From Antedon mediterranea (Eukaryota; Animalia; Echinodermata): a DNA stretch of 64,000 nucleotides. The stretch lies in NCBI RefSeq assembly GCF_964355755.1, contig NC_092679.1, positions 9,082,201-9,146,200 on the forward strand. Direction: 5' to 3'. The position numbers were made by a program, and so were the translations under genes. Shown here one piece after another: positions 53,101-64,000 of the stretch (the first letter of the stretch is position 1; each line of letters begins with the position of its first letter). The notes beneath the pieces were generated by a model. It worked only from the letters and a program-made list of their open reading frames with translations, ran no database searches and was not told the origin of the DNA.

Positions 53101-56100
53101 GTGTACAGATTAGCTACAAATCGCATTTGTAGACGTTTTAGACCATTTTGTGATTTTCGAAAAAACTTGCTAACATAAAAACATCAAAGTGTACAGAATA
53201 GCTTCAAATCACATTTGGAGACGTTTTAGACCATTTTGTGATTTTCGAAAAAAATTGTTTCCATAAAAACACCAAAGTGCTTAGAATAGCTTCAAATCGC
53301 ATTTGGAGACATTTTAGACCATTTTGTGATTTTCGAAAAAACTTGTTAACATAAAAACACAAAAGTGCTTAGAATAGCTTCAAATCGCATTTGTAGACGT
53401 TTTAGACCATTTTGTGATTTTCGAAAAAACTTGTTAACCTAAAAACACCAAAGTGCTTTAAATAGCTTCAAATCGCATTTACAGACATTTTAGACCCTTT
53501 TGTGATTTTCGAAAAAACTTGTTAACCTAAAAACACCAAAGTGCTTTAAATAGCTTCAAATCGCATTTACAGACATTTTAGACCCTTTTGTGATTTTCGA
53601 AAAAACTTGTTAACATAAAAACATCAAAGTGTACAGATTAGCTTCAAATCGCATTTGTAGACGTTTTAGACCATTTTGTGATTTTCGAAAAAACTTGCTA
53701 ACATAAAAACATCAAAGTGTACAGAATAGCTTCAAATCACATTTGGAGACGTTTTAGACCATTTTGTGATTTTCGAAAAAAATTGTTTCCATAAAAACAC
53801 CAAAGTGCTTAGAATAGCTTCAAATCGCATTTGGAGACATTTTAGACCATTTTGTGATTTTCGAAAAAACTTGTTAACATAAAAACATCAAAATGTACAG
53901 AAAAGCTTCAAATCTCATTTAGAGACGTTTTAGACCATTTTGTGATTTCAAAAAAACTTGTTAACATAAAAACACCAAAGTGCTTAGAATAGCTTAAAAT
54001 CGCATTTGGAGACGTTTTAGACCATTTTGTGATTTTCGAAAAACTTGTTAACATAAAAACATCAAAGAGTACAGAATAGCTTCAAATCGCATTTGGAGAC
54101 GTTTTAGACAATTTTGTGATTTTCGAAAAACTTGGTTACACAAAAACATCAAAGTGCTTGAAATCACATTAGAAACCGTTTTAGACCATTTTGAGCATTT
54201 CGATAAAACATTTCACACAAAAACATCAAAGAGCACAAAGTAGCTTAATATCGTATTTAAAAACGTTTTTGACCATTTTGAGCATTTCGACAGAAAATTT
54301 TCACACAAAACATCAAAGTGTACAGAATAGCTTCAAATCGCATTTGGAAACGTTTTAGACCATTTTGAGCATTTCGAAAAACTTGTTAACACAAAAACAC
54401 CAAAGTGCTTAAAATAGCTTCAAATCGCATTTGGAGACGTTTTAGACCATTTTGTGATTTTCGAAAAAACTTGTTAACATAAAAACACCAAAGTGCTTAA
54501 AATAGCTTTAAATCGCATTTGGAGATGTTTTAGACCATTTTGTGATTTTCTAAAAAACTTGTTAACATAAAAACATCAAAGTGTACAGAATAGCTTCAAA
54601 TCGCATTTGGAGACGTTTTAGACAATTTTGTGATTTCCGAAAAACTTGTTAACACAAAAACACCAAAGTGCTTAAAATAGCTTCAAATCACATTTGGAGA
54701 CATTTTAGACCCTTTTGTGATTTTCAAAAAAACTTGGTTACACAAAAGCACTTAAGTGCTTAAAATAGCTTCAAATCGCATTTGGAGACGTTTTAGACCA
54801 TTTTGTGATTTTCGAAAAAACTAGTTAACATAAAAACATCAAAGTGCTTAAAATCACATTAGAAATCGTTTTAGACCATTTTGAGCATTTTGCTAAAACT
54901 TTTCACAAAAAAACACCAAAGAGCACAAAATAGCTTAATATCGTGTTTAAAAACGTTTTAGACCATTTTGAGCATTTCGAAAAACTTGTTAACACAAAAA
55001 CACCAAAGTGCTTAAAATAGCTTCAAATCGCATTTGGAGACGTTTTAGACCATTTTGTGAGTTTCGAAAAAATTTGTTTAAATAAAAACACCAATGTGCT
55101 AAGAATAGTTTAAAATCGCATTTGCAGACGTTTTAGACCATTTTGTGATTTTCGAAAAAACTTGTTAACATAAAAACACAAAAGTGCTTAGAATAGCTTC
55201 AAATTGCATTTGTAGACGTTTTAGACCATTTTGTGATCTTCGAAAAAACTTGTTAACATAAAAACATCAAAGTGTACAGATTAGCTTCAAATCGCATTTG
55301 GAGACGTTTTAGACCATTTTGTGATTTTCGAAAAAACTTGTTAACATAAAAACACCAAAGTGTACAGAAAAGCTTCAAATCGCTATTGGAGACGTTTTAG
55401 ACCATTTTGTGATTTTCGAAAAAAATTGTTTCCATAAAAACACCAAAGTGCTTAGAATAGCTTCAAATCGCATTTGGAGACATTTTAGACCATTTTGTGA
55501 TTTTCGAAAAAAGTTGTTAACATAAAAACATCAAATTGTACAGAAAAGCTTCAAATCGCATTTAGAGACGTTTTAGACCATTTTGTGATTTTCAAAAAAA
55601 CTTGTTAACATAAAAACACCAAAGTGCTTAGAATAGCTTAAAATCGCATTTGGAGACGTTTTAGACCATTTTGTGATTTTCGAAAAACTTGTTAACATAA
55701 AAACATCAAAGTGTACAGAATAGCTTAAAATCGCTATTGGAGACGTTTTAGACCATTTTGTGATTTTCGAAAAAACTTGGTAACATAAAAACATCAAAGT
55801 GCTTAGAATAGCTTCAAATCGCATTTGGAGACATTTTAGACCCTTTTGTGATTTTCGAAAAAACTTGTTAACATAAAAACATCAAAGTGTACAGATTAGC
55901 TTCAAATCGCATTTGTAGACGTTTTAGACAATTTTGTAATTTTCGAAAAAACTTGCTAACATAAAAACATCAAAGTGTACAGAATAGCTTCAAATCACAT
56001 TTGGAGACGTTTTAGACCATTTTGTGATTTTCGAAAAAAATTGTTTCCATAAAAACACCAAAGTGCTTAGAATAGCTTCAAATCGCATTTGGAGACATTT

Positions 56101-57997
56101 TAGACCATTTTGTGATTTTCGAAAAAACTTGTTAACATAAAAACATCAAAATGTACAGAAAAGCTTCAAATCTCATTTAGAGACATTTTAGACCATTTTG
56201 TGATTTCAAAAAAACTTGTTAACATAAAAACACCAAAGTGCTTAGAATAGCTTAAAATCGCATTTGGAGACGTTTTAGACCATTTTGTGATTTTCGAAAA
56301 ACTTGTTAACATAAAAACATCAAAGAGTACAGAATAGCTTCAAATCGCATTTGGAGACGTTTTAGACAATTTTGTGATTTTCGAAAAACTTGGTTACACA
56401 AAAACATCAAAGTGCTTGAAATCACATTAGAAACCGTTTTAGACCATTTTGAGCATTTCGATAAAACATTTCACACAAAAACATCAAAGAGCACAAAGTA
56501 GCTTAATATCGTTTTTAAAAACGTTTTTGACCATTTTGAGCATTTCGACAGAAAATTTTCACACAAAACATCAAAGTGTACAGAATAGCTTCAAATCGCA
56601 TTTGGAAACGTTTTAGACCATTTTGAGCATTTCGAAAAACTTGTTAACACAAAAACACCCAAGTGCTTAAAATAGCTTCAAATCGCATTTGGAGACGTTT
56701 TAGACCATTTTGTGATTTTCGAAAAAACTTGTTAACATAAAAACACCAAAGTGCTTAAAATAGCTTTAAATCGCATTTGGAGATGTTTTAGACCATTTTG
56801 TGATTTTCTAAAAAACTTGTTAACATAAAAACATCAAAGTGTACAGAATAGCTTCAAATCGCATTTGGAGACGTTTTAGACAATTTTGTGATTTCCGAAA
56901 AACTTGTTAACACAAAAACACCAAAGTGCTTAAAATAGCTTCAAATCACATTTGGAGACATTTTAGACCCTTTTGTGATTTTCAAAAAAACTTGGTTACA
57001 CAAAAGCACCTAAGTGCTTAAAATAGCTTCAAATCGCATTTGGAGACGTTTTAGACCATTTTGTGATTTTCGAAAAAACTAGTTAACATAAAAACATCAA
57101 AGTGCTTAAAATCACATTAGAAATCGTTTTAGACCATTTTGAGCATTTTGCTAAAACTTTTCACAAAAAAACACCAAAGAGCACAAAATAGCTTAATATC
57201 GTGTTTAAAAACGTTTTAGACCATTTTGAGCATTTCGAAAAACTTGTTAACACAAAAACACCAAAGTGCTTAAAATAGCTTCAAATCGCATTTGGAGACG
57301 TTTTAGACCATTTTGTGAGTTTCGAAAAAATTTGTTTAAATAAAAACACCAATGTGCTAAGAATAATTTCAAATCGCATTTGCAGACGTTTTAGACCATT
57401 TTGTGATTTTCGAAAAAACTTGTTAACATAAAAACACAAAAGTGCTTAGAATAGCTTCAAATTGCATTTGTAGACGTTTTAGAACATTTTGTGATTTTCG
57501 AAAAAACTTGTTAACATAAAAACATCAAAGTGTACAGAATAGCTTCAAATCGCATTTGGAGACGTTTTAGATCATTTTGTGATTTTCGAAAAAACTTGTT
57601 AACATAAAAACACCAAAGTGTAAAGAAAAGCTTCAAATTGCTATTGGAGACGTTTTAGACCATTTTGTGATTTTCGAAAAAAATTGTTTCCATAAAAACA
57701 CCAAAGTGCTTAGAATAGCTTCAAATCGCATTTGGAGACATTTTAGACCATTTTGTGATTTTCGAAAAAAGTTGTTAACATAAAAACATCAAAGTGTACA
57801 GAATAGCTTAAAATCGCTATTGGAGACGTTTTAGACCATTTTGTGATTTTCGAAAAAACTTGTTAACATAAAAACATCAAAGTGCTTAGAATAGCTTCAA
57901 ATCGCATTTGGAGACATTTTAGACCATTTTGTGATTTTCGAAAAAAATTGTTTCCATAAAAACACCAAAGTGTACAGAAAAGCTTCAAATCGCATTT
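44169..57997 (-). repeat. ~5.6 kb direct repeat (44169-49756 / 52322-57997), offset 8153 then 8241 bp, separated by a ~2.6 kb satellite spacer
   Basis: Shared rare variants TAGCTACAAA (~44958/53111), AAAACACCCA (48411/56652), AATAATTTCA (49121/57362) and GAACATTTTG (49241/57482); ORFs at 47332/55573. The first copy lacks one monomer near 45570. Confidence 0.9.
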
Positions 57998-60900
57998 AGA
58001 GACGTTTTAGACCATTTTGTGATTTTCAAAAAAACTTGTTAACATAAAAACACCAAAGTGCTTAGAATAGCTTAAAATCGCATTTGGAGACGTTTTAGAC
58101 CATTTTGTGATTTTCGAAAAACTTGTTAACATAAAAACATCAAAGTGTACAGAATAGCTTCAAATCGCATTTGGAGACGTTTTAGACAATTTTGTGATTT
58201 TCGAAAAACTTGGTTACACAAAAACATCAAAGTGCTTGAAATCACATTAGAAACCGTTTTAGACCATTTTGAGCATTTCGATAAAACATTTCACACAAAA
58301 ACATCAAAGAGCACAAAGTAGCTTAATATCGTATTTAAAAACGTTTTTGACCATTTTGAGCATTTCGACAGAAAATTTTCACACAAAACATCAAAGTGTA
58401 CAGAATAGCTTCAAATCGCATTTGGAAACGTTTTAGACCATTTTGAGCATTTCGAAAAACTTGTTAACACAAAAACACCAAAGTGCTTAAAATAGCTTCA
58501 AATCGCATTTGGAGACGTTTTAGACCATTTTGTGAGTTTCGAAAAAATTTGTTTAAATAAAAACACCAATGTGCTAAGAATAGTTTAAAATCGCATTTGC
58601 AGACGTTTTAGACCATTTTGTGATTTTCGAAAAAAACTTGTTAACATAAAAACACAAAAGTGCTTAGAATAGCTTCAAATTGCATTTGTAGACGTTTTAG
58701 ACCATTTTGTGATCTTCGAAAAAACTTGTTAACATAAAAACATCAAAGTGTACAGAATAGCTTCAAATCGCATTTGGAGACGTTTTAGACCATTTTGTGA
58801 TTTTCGAAAAAACTTGTTAACATAAAAACACCAAAGTGTAAAGAAAAGCTTCAAATCGCATTTGGAGACGTTTTAGACCATTTTGTGATTTTCGAAAAAA
58901 CTTGTTAACATAAAAACACCAAAGTGTACAGAAAAGCTTCAAATCGCTATTGGAGACGTTTTAGACCATTTTGTGATTTTCGAAAAAAATTGTTTCCATA
59001 AAAACACCAAAGTGCTTAGAATAGCTTCAAATCGCATTTGGAGACATTTTAGACCATTTTGTGATTTTCGAAAAAAGTTGTTAACATAAAAACATCAAAG
59101 TGTACAGAAAAGCTTCAAATCGCATTTAGAGACGTTTTAGACCATTTTGTGATTTTCAAAAAAACTTGTTAACATAAAAACACCAAAGTGCTTAGAATAG
59201 CTTAAAATCGCATTTGGAGACGTTTTAGACCATTTTGTGATTTTCGAAAAACTTGTTAACATAAAAACATCAAAGTGTACAGAATAGCTTAAAATCGCTA
59301 TTGGAGACGTTTTAGACCATTTTGTGATTTTCGAAAAAACTTGTTAACATAAAAACATCAAAGTGCTTAGAATAGCTTCAAATCGCATTTGGAGAAAATT
59401 TAGACCATTTTGTGATTTTCGAAAAAAGTTGTTAACATAAAAACATTAAAGTGTACAGAAAAGCTTCAAATCGCATTTAGAGACGTTTTAGACCATTTTG
59501 TGATTTTCGAAAAACTTGTTAACATAAAAACATCAAAGTGTACAGAATAGCTTCAAATCGCATTTGGAGACGTTTTAGACCATTTTGTGATTTTCGAAAA
59601 ACTTGTTAACATAAAAACATCAAAGTGTACAGAATAGCTTCAAATCGCATTTGGAGACGTTTTAGACAATTTTGTGATTTTCGAAAAACTTGGTTACACA
59701 AAAACATCAAAGTGCTTGAAATCACATTAGAAACCGTTTTAGACCATTTTGAGCATTTCGATAAAACATTTCACACAAAAACATCAAAGAGCACAAAGTA
59801 GCTTAATATCGTATTTAAAAACGTTTTTGACCATTTTGAGCATTTCGACAGAAAATTTTCACACAAAACATCAAAGTGTACAGAATAGCTTCAAATCGCA
59901 TTTGGAAACGTTTTAGACCATTTTGTGATTTTCGAAAAAACTTGTTAACATAAAAAAATCAAAGTGTACAGATTAGCTTCAAATCGCATTTGTAGACGTT
60001 TTAGACCATTTTGTGATTTTCGAAAAAACTTGCTAACATAAAAACATCAAAGTGTACAGAATAGCTTCAAATCACATTTGGAGACGTTTTAGACCATTTT
60101 GTGATTTTCGAAAAAAATTGTTTCCATAAAAACACCAAAGTGCTTAGAATAGCTTCAAATCGCATTTGGAGACATTTTAGACCATTTTGTGATTTTCGAA
60201 AAAACTTGTTAACATAAAAACATCAAAATGTACAGAAAAGCTTCAAATCTCATTTAGAGACGTTTTAGACCATTTTGTGATTTCAAAAAAACTTGTTAAC
60301 ATAAAAACACCAAAGTGCTTAGAATAGCTTAAAATCGCATTTGGAGACGTTTTAGACCATTTTGTGATTTTCGAAAAACTTGTTAACATAAAAACATCAA
60401 AGAGTACAGAATAGCTTCAAATCGCATTTGGAGACGTTTTAGACAATTTTGTGATTTTCGAAAAACTTGGTTACACAAAAACATCAAAGTGCTTGAAATC
60501 ACATTAGAAACCGTTTTAGACCATTTTGAGCATTTCGATAAAACATTTCACACAAAAACATCAAAGAGCACAAAGTAGCTTAATATCGTATTTAAAAACG
60601 TTTTTGACCATTTTGAGCATTTCGACAGAAAATTTTCACACAAAACATCAAAGTGTACAGAATAGCTTCAAATCGCATTTGGAAACGTTTTAGACCATTT
60701 TGAGCATTTCGAAAAACTTGTTAACACAAAAACACCAAAGTGCTTAAAATAGCTTCAAATCGCATTTGGAGACGTTTTAGACCATTTTGTGATTTTCGAA
60801 AAAACTTGTTAACATAAAAACACAAAAGTGCTTAAAATAGCTTTAAATCGCATTTGGAGATGTTTTAGACCATTTTGTGATTTTCTAAAAAACTTGTTAA

Positions 60901-61619
60901 CATAAAAACATCAAAGTGTACAGAATAGCTTCAAATCGCATTTGGAGACGTTTTAGACAATTTTGTGATTTCCGAAAAACTTGTTAACACAAAAACACCA
61001 AAGTGCTTAAAATAGCTTCAAATCACATTTGGAGACATTTTAGACCCTTTTGTGATTTTCAAAAAAACTTGGTTACACAAAAGCACCTAAGTGCTTAAAA
61101 TAGCTTCAAATCGCATTTGGAGACGTTTTAGACCATTTTGTGATTTTCGAAAAAACTAGTTAACATAAAAACATCAAAGTGCTTAAAATCACATTAGAAA
61201 TCGTTTTAGACCATTTTGAGCATTTTGCTAAAACTTTTCACAAAAAAACATCAAAGAGCACAAAATAGCTTAATATCGTGTTTAAAAACGTTTTAGACCA
61301 TTTTGAGCATTTCGAAAAACTTGTTAACACAAAAACACCAAAGTGCTTAAAATAGCTTCAAATCGCATTTGGAGACGTTTTAGACCATTTTGTGAGTTTC
61401 GAAAAAATTTGTTTAAATAAAAACACCAATGTGCTAAGAATAGTTTAAAATCGCATTTGCAGACGTTTTAGACCATTTTGTGATTTTCGAAAAAAACTTG
61501 TTAACATAAAAACACAAAAGTGCTTAGAATAGCTTCAAATTGCATTTGTAGACGTTTTAGACCATTTTGTGATCTTCGAAAAAACTTGTTAACATAAAAA
61601 CATCAAAGTGTACAGAATA

Positions 61620-64000
61620 GCTTCAAATCGCATTTGGAGACGTTTTAGACCATTTTGTGATTTTCGAAAAAACTTGTTAACATAAAAACACCAAAGTGTA
61701 AAGAAAAGCTTCAAATCGCATTTTGAAACGTTTTAGACCATTTTGTGATTTTCAAAAAAACTTGTTAACATAAAAACACAAAAGTGCTTAGAATAGCTTC
61801 AAATCGCATTTGTAGACGTTTTAGACCATTTTGTGATTTTCGAAAAAACTTGTTAACATAAAAACATCAAAGTGCTTAGAATAGCTTCAAATCGCATTTG
61901 GAGACATTTTAGACCATTTTGTGATTTTCGAAAAAAGTTGTTAACATAAAAACATTAAAGTGTACAGAAAAGCTTCAAATCGCATTTAGAGACGTTTTAG
62001 ACCATTTTGTGATTTTCGAAAAACTTGTTAACATAAAAACATCAAAGTGTACAGAATAGCTTCAAATCGCATTTGGAGACGTTTTAGACCATTTTGTGAT
62101 TTTCGAAAAACTTGTTAACATAAAAACATCAAAGTGTACAGAATAGCTTCAAATCGCATTTGGAGACGTTTTAGACAATTTTGTGATTTTCGAAAAACTT
62201 GGTTACACAAAAACATCAAAGTGCTTGAAATCACATTAGAAACCGTTTTAGACCATTTTGAGCATTTCGATAAAACATTTCACACAAAAACATCAAAGAG
62301 CACAAAGTAGCTTAATATCGTATTTAAAAACGTTTTTGACCATTTTGAGCATTTCGAAAGAAAATTTTCACACAAAACATCAAAGTGTACAGAATAGCTT
62401 CAAATCGCATTTGGAAACGTTTTAGACCATTTTGTGATTTTCGAAAAACTTGTTAACACAAAAACACAAAAGTGCTTAGAATAGCTTCAAATCGCATTTG
62501 TAGACGTTTTAGACCATTTTGTGATTTTCGAAAAAACTTGTTAACCTAAAAACACCAAAGTGCTTTAAATAGCTTCAAATCGCATTTACAGACATTTTAG
62601 ACCCTTTTGTGATTTTCGAAAAAACTTGTTAACATAAAAACATCAAAGTGTACAGATTAGCTACAAATCGCATTTGTAGACGTTTTAGACCATTTTGTGA
62701 TTTTCGAAAAAACTTGCTAACATAAAAACATCAAAGTGTACAGAATAGCTTCAAATCGCATTTGTAGACGTTTTAGACCATTTTGTGATTTTCGAAAAAA
62801 CTTGTTAACATAAAAACATCAAAGTGTACAGAATAGCTTCAAATCGCATTTGGAGACGTTTTAGACCATTTTGTGATTTTCGAAAAAACTTGTTAACATA
62901 AAAACACCAAAGTGCTTAGAATAGCTTCAAATCGCATTTGGAGACATTTTAGACCATTTTGTGATTTTCGAAAAAAGTTGTTAACATAAAAACATCAAAT
63001 TGTACAGAAAAGCTTCAAATCGCATTTAGAGACGTTTTAGACCATTTTGTGATTTTCAAAAAAACTTGTTAACATAAAAACACCAAAGTGCTTAGAATAG
63101 CTTCAAATCGCATTTGGAGACGTTTTAGACAATTTTGTGATTTTCAAAAAACTTGGTTACACAAAAACATCAAAGTGCTTGAAATCACATTAGAAACCGT
63201 TTTAGACCATTTTGAGCATTTCGATAAAACATTTCACACAAAAACATCAAAGAGCACAAAGTAGCTTAATATCGTATTTAAAAACGTTTTTGACCATTTT
63301 GAGCATTTCGACAGAAAATTTTCACACAAAACATCAAAGTGTACAGAATAGCTTCAAATCGCATTTGGAAACGTTTTAGACCATTTTGTGATTTTCGAAA
63401 AAACTTGTTAACATAAAAGCATCAAAGTGTACAGAATAGCTTCAAATCGCATTTGTAGACGTTTTAGACCATTTTGTGATTTTCGAAAAAAGTTGTTAAC
63501 ATAAAAACATCAAATTGTACAGAAAAGCTTCAAATCGCATTTAGAGACGTTTTAGACCATTTTGTGATTTTCAAAAAAACTTGTTAACATAAAAACACCA
63601 AAGTGCTTAGAATAGCTTCAAATCGCATTTGGAGACGTTTTAGACAATTTTGTGATTTTCAAAAAACTTGGTTTCACAAAAACATCAAAGTGCTTGAAAT
63701 CACATTAGAAACCGTTTTAGACCATTTTGAGCATTTCGATAAAACATTTCACACAAAAACATCAAAGAGCACAAAGTAGCTTAATATCGTATTTAAAAAC
63801 GTTTTTGACCATTTTGAGCATTTCGACAGAAAATTTTCACACAAAACATCAAAGTGTACAGAATAGCTTCAAATCGCATTTGGAAACGTTTTAGACCATT
63901 TTGTGATTTTCGAAAAAACTTGTTAACATAAAAGCATCAAAGTGTACAGAATAGCTTCAAATCGCATTTGTAGACGTTTTAGACCATTTTGTGATTTTCG
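61620..64000 (-). repeat. Inverted near-exact copy of 21740-24119
   Basis: Mirror coordinates sum to 85739-85740 throughout. TTGTGAAACC (22061-22070) pairs with GGTTTCACAA (from 63670), GATTTGTAGC (23071-23080) pairs with GCTACAAATC (from 62660), and junction base C24119 pairs with G61620. Confidence 0.9.

Larger units (their letters stand above)
24119..64000 (-). repeat. Same 87-88 bp satellite in reverse orientation (roughly 460 monomers; continues beyond the right window edge)
   Basis: From 24120 onward the sequence reads ...AGCTTCAAATCGCATTTGGAGACGTTTTAGACCATTTTGTGATTTTCG..., the reverse complement of the left-arm monomer, and carries the same variant monomers. Confidence 0.99.

Noticed and set aside
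504-55824. Repeated 83-aa ORFs (MRFEAILSTLMF...) at 504, 5193, 30071, 33371, 38851, 47332, 50897 and 55573
   Set aside because: Each spans about three satellite monomers and stays open only through a chance combination of T-tract lengths and one TAA>TAC variant. The translation is repetitive with no recognisable domain. They recur only because the DNA block is duplicated, so I used them as duplication markers.
1-64000. CRISPR-like array (conserved block plus variable block with ~88 bp period)
   Set aside because: The variable parts are alleles of a single consensus, not unique spacers. There is no leader and no cas gene, and the array inverts mid-way.
1-64000. Assignment to a named satellite family or species; telomeric, rDNA-spacer or tRNA-derived origin
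   Set aside because: I do not recognise the monomer with confidence. I saw no telomere motif, rRNA sequence or Pol III A/B boxes. A database search is required.

Overview
The whole 64 kb window is one AT-rich tandem satellite array (consensus about 31% GC) with an 87-88 bp monomer: CGAAAATCACAAAATGGTCTAAAACGTCTCCAAATGCGATTTGAAGCTATTCTGTACACTTTGATGTTTTTATGTTAACAAGTTTTT(T). I see no unique sequence, credible gene, RNA gene, transposon or CRISPR array; all listed ORFs are chance read-throughs of 2-3 monomers. It looks like eukaryotic centromeric or pericentromeric satellite (inference; I cannot name the species or family). The interest lies in its architecture. (1) There is one sharp strand switch at 24119 with 1 bp of microhomology, forming a 16-bp stem with an 18-nt loop. 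(2) The 2.4 kb left of that junction is a near-exact inverted copy of 61620-64000, 37.5 kb away, which suggests an inverted duplication or template switch. (3) An underlying ~3.65 kb, 42-monomer (17+8+17) higher-order repeat is marked by two diverged cassettes. (4) Nested, very recent duplications (4337, 5480, 3300 and 8241 bp offsets) are present, and the order of two of them can be read. (5) All three monomer CpGs show CG>TG and CG>CA variants. All comparisons were made by eye using diagnostic variants, so breakpoints and counts are approximate unless stated.
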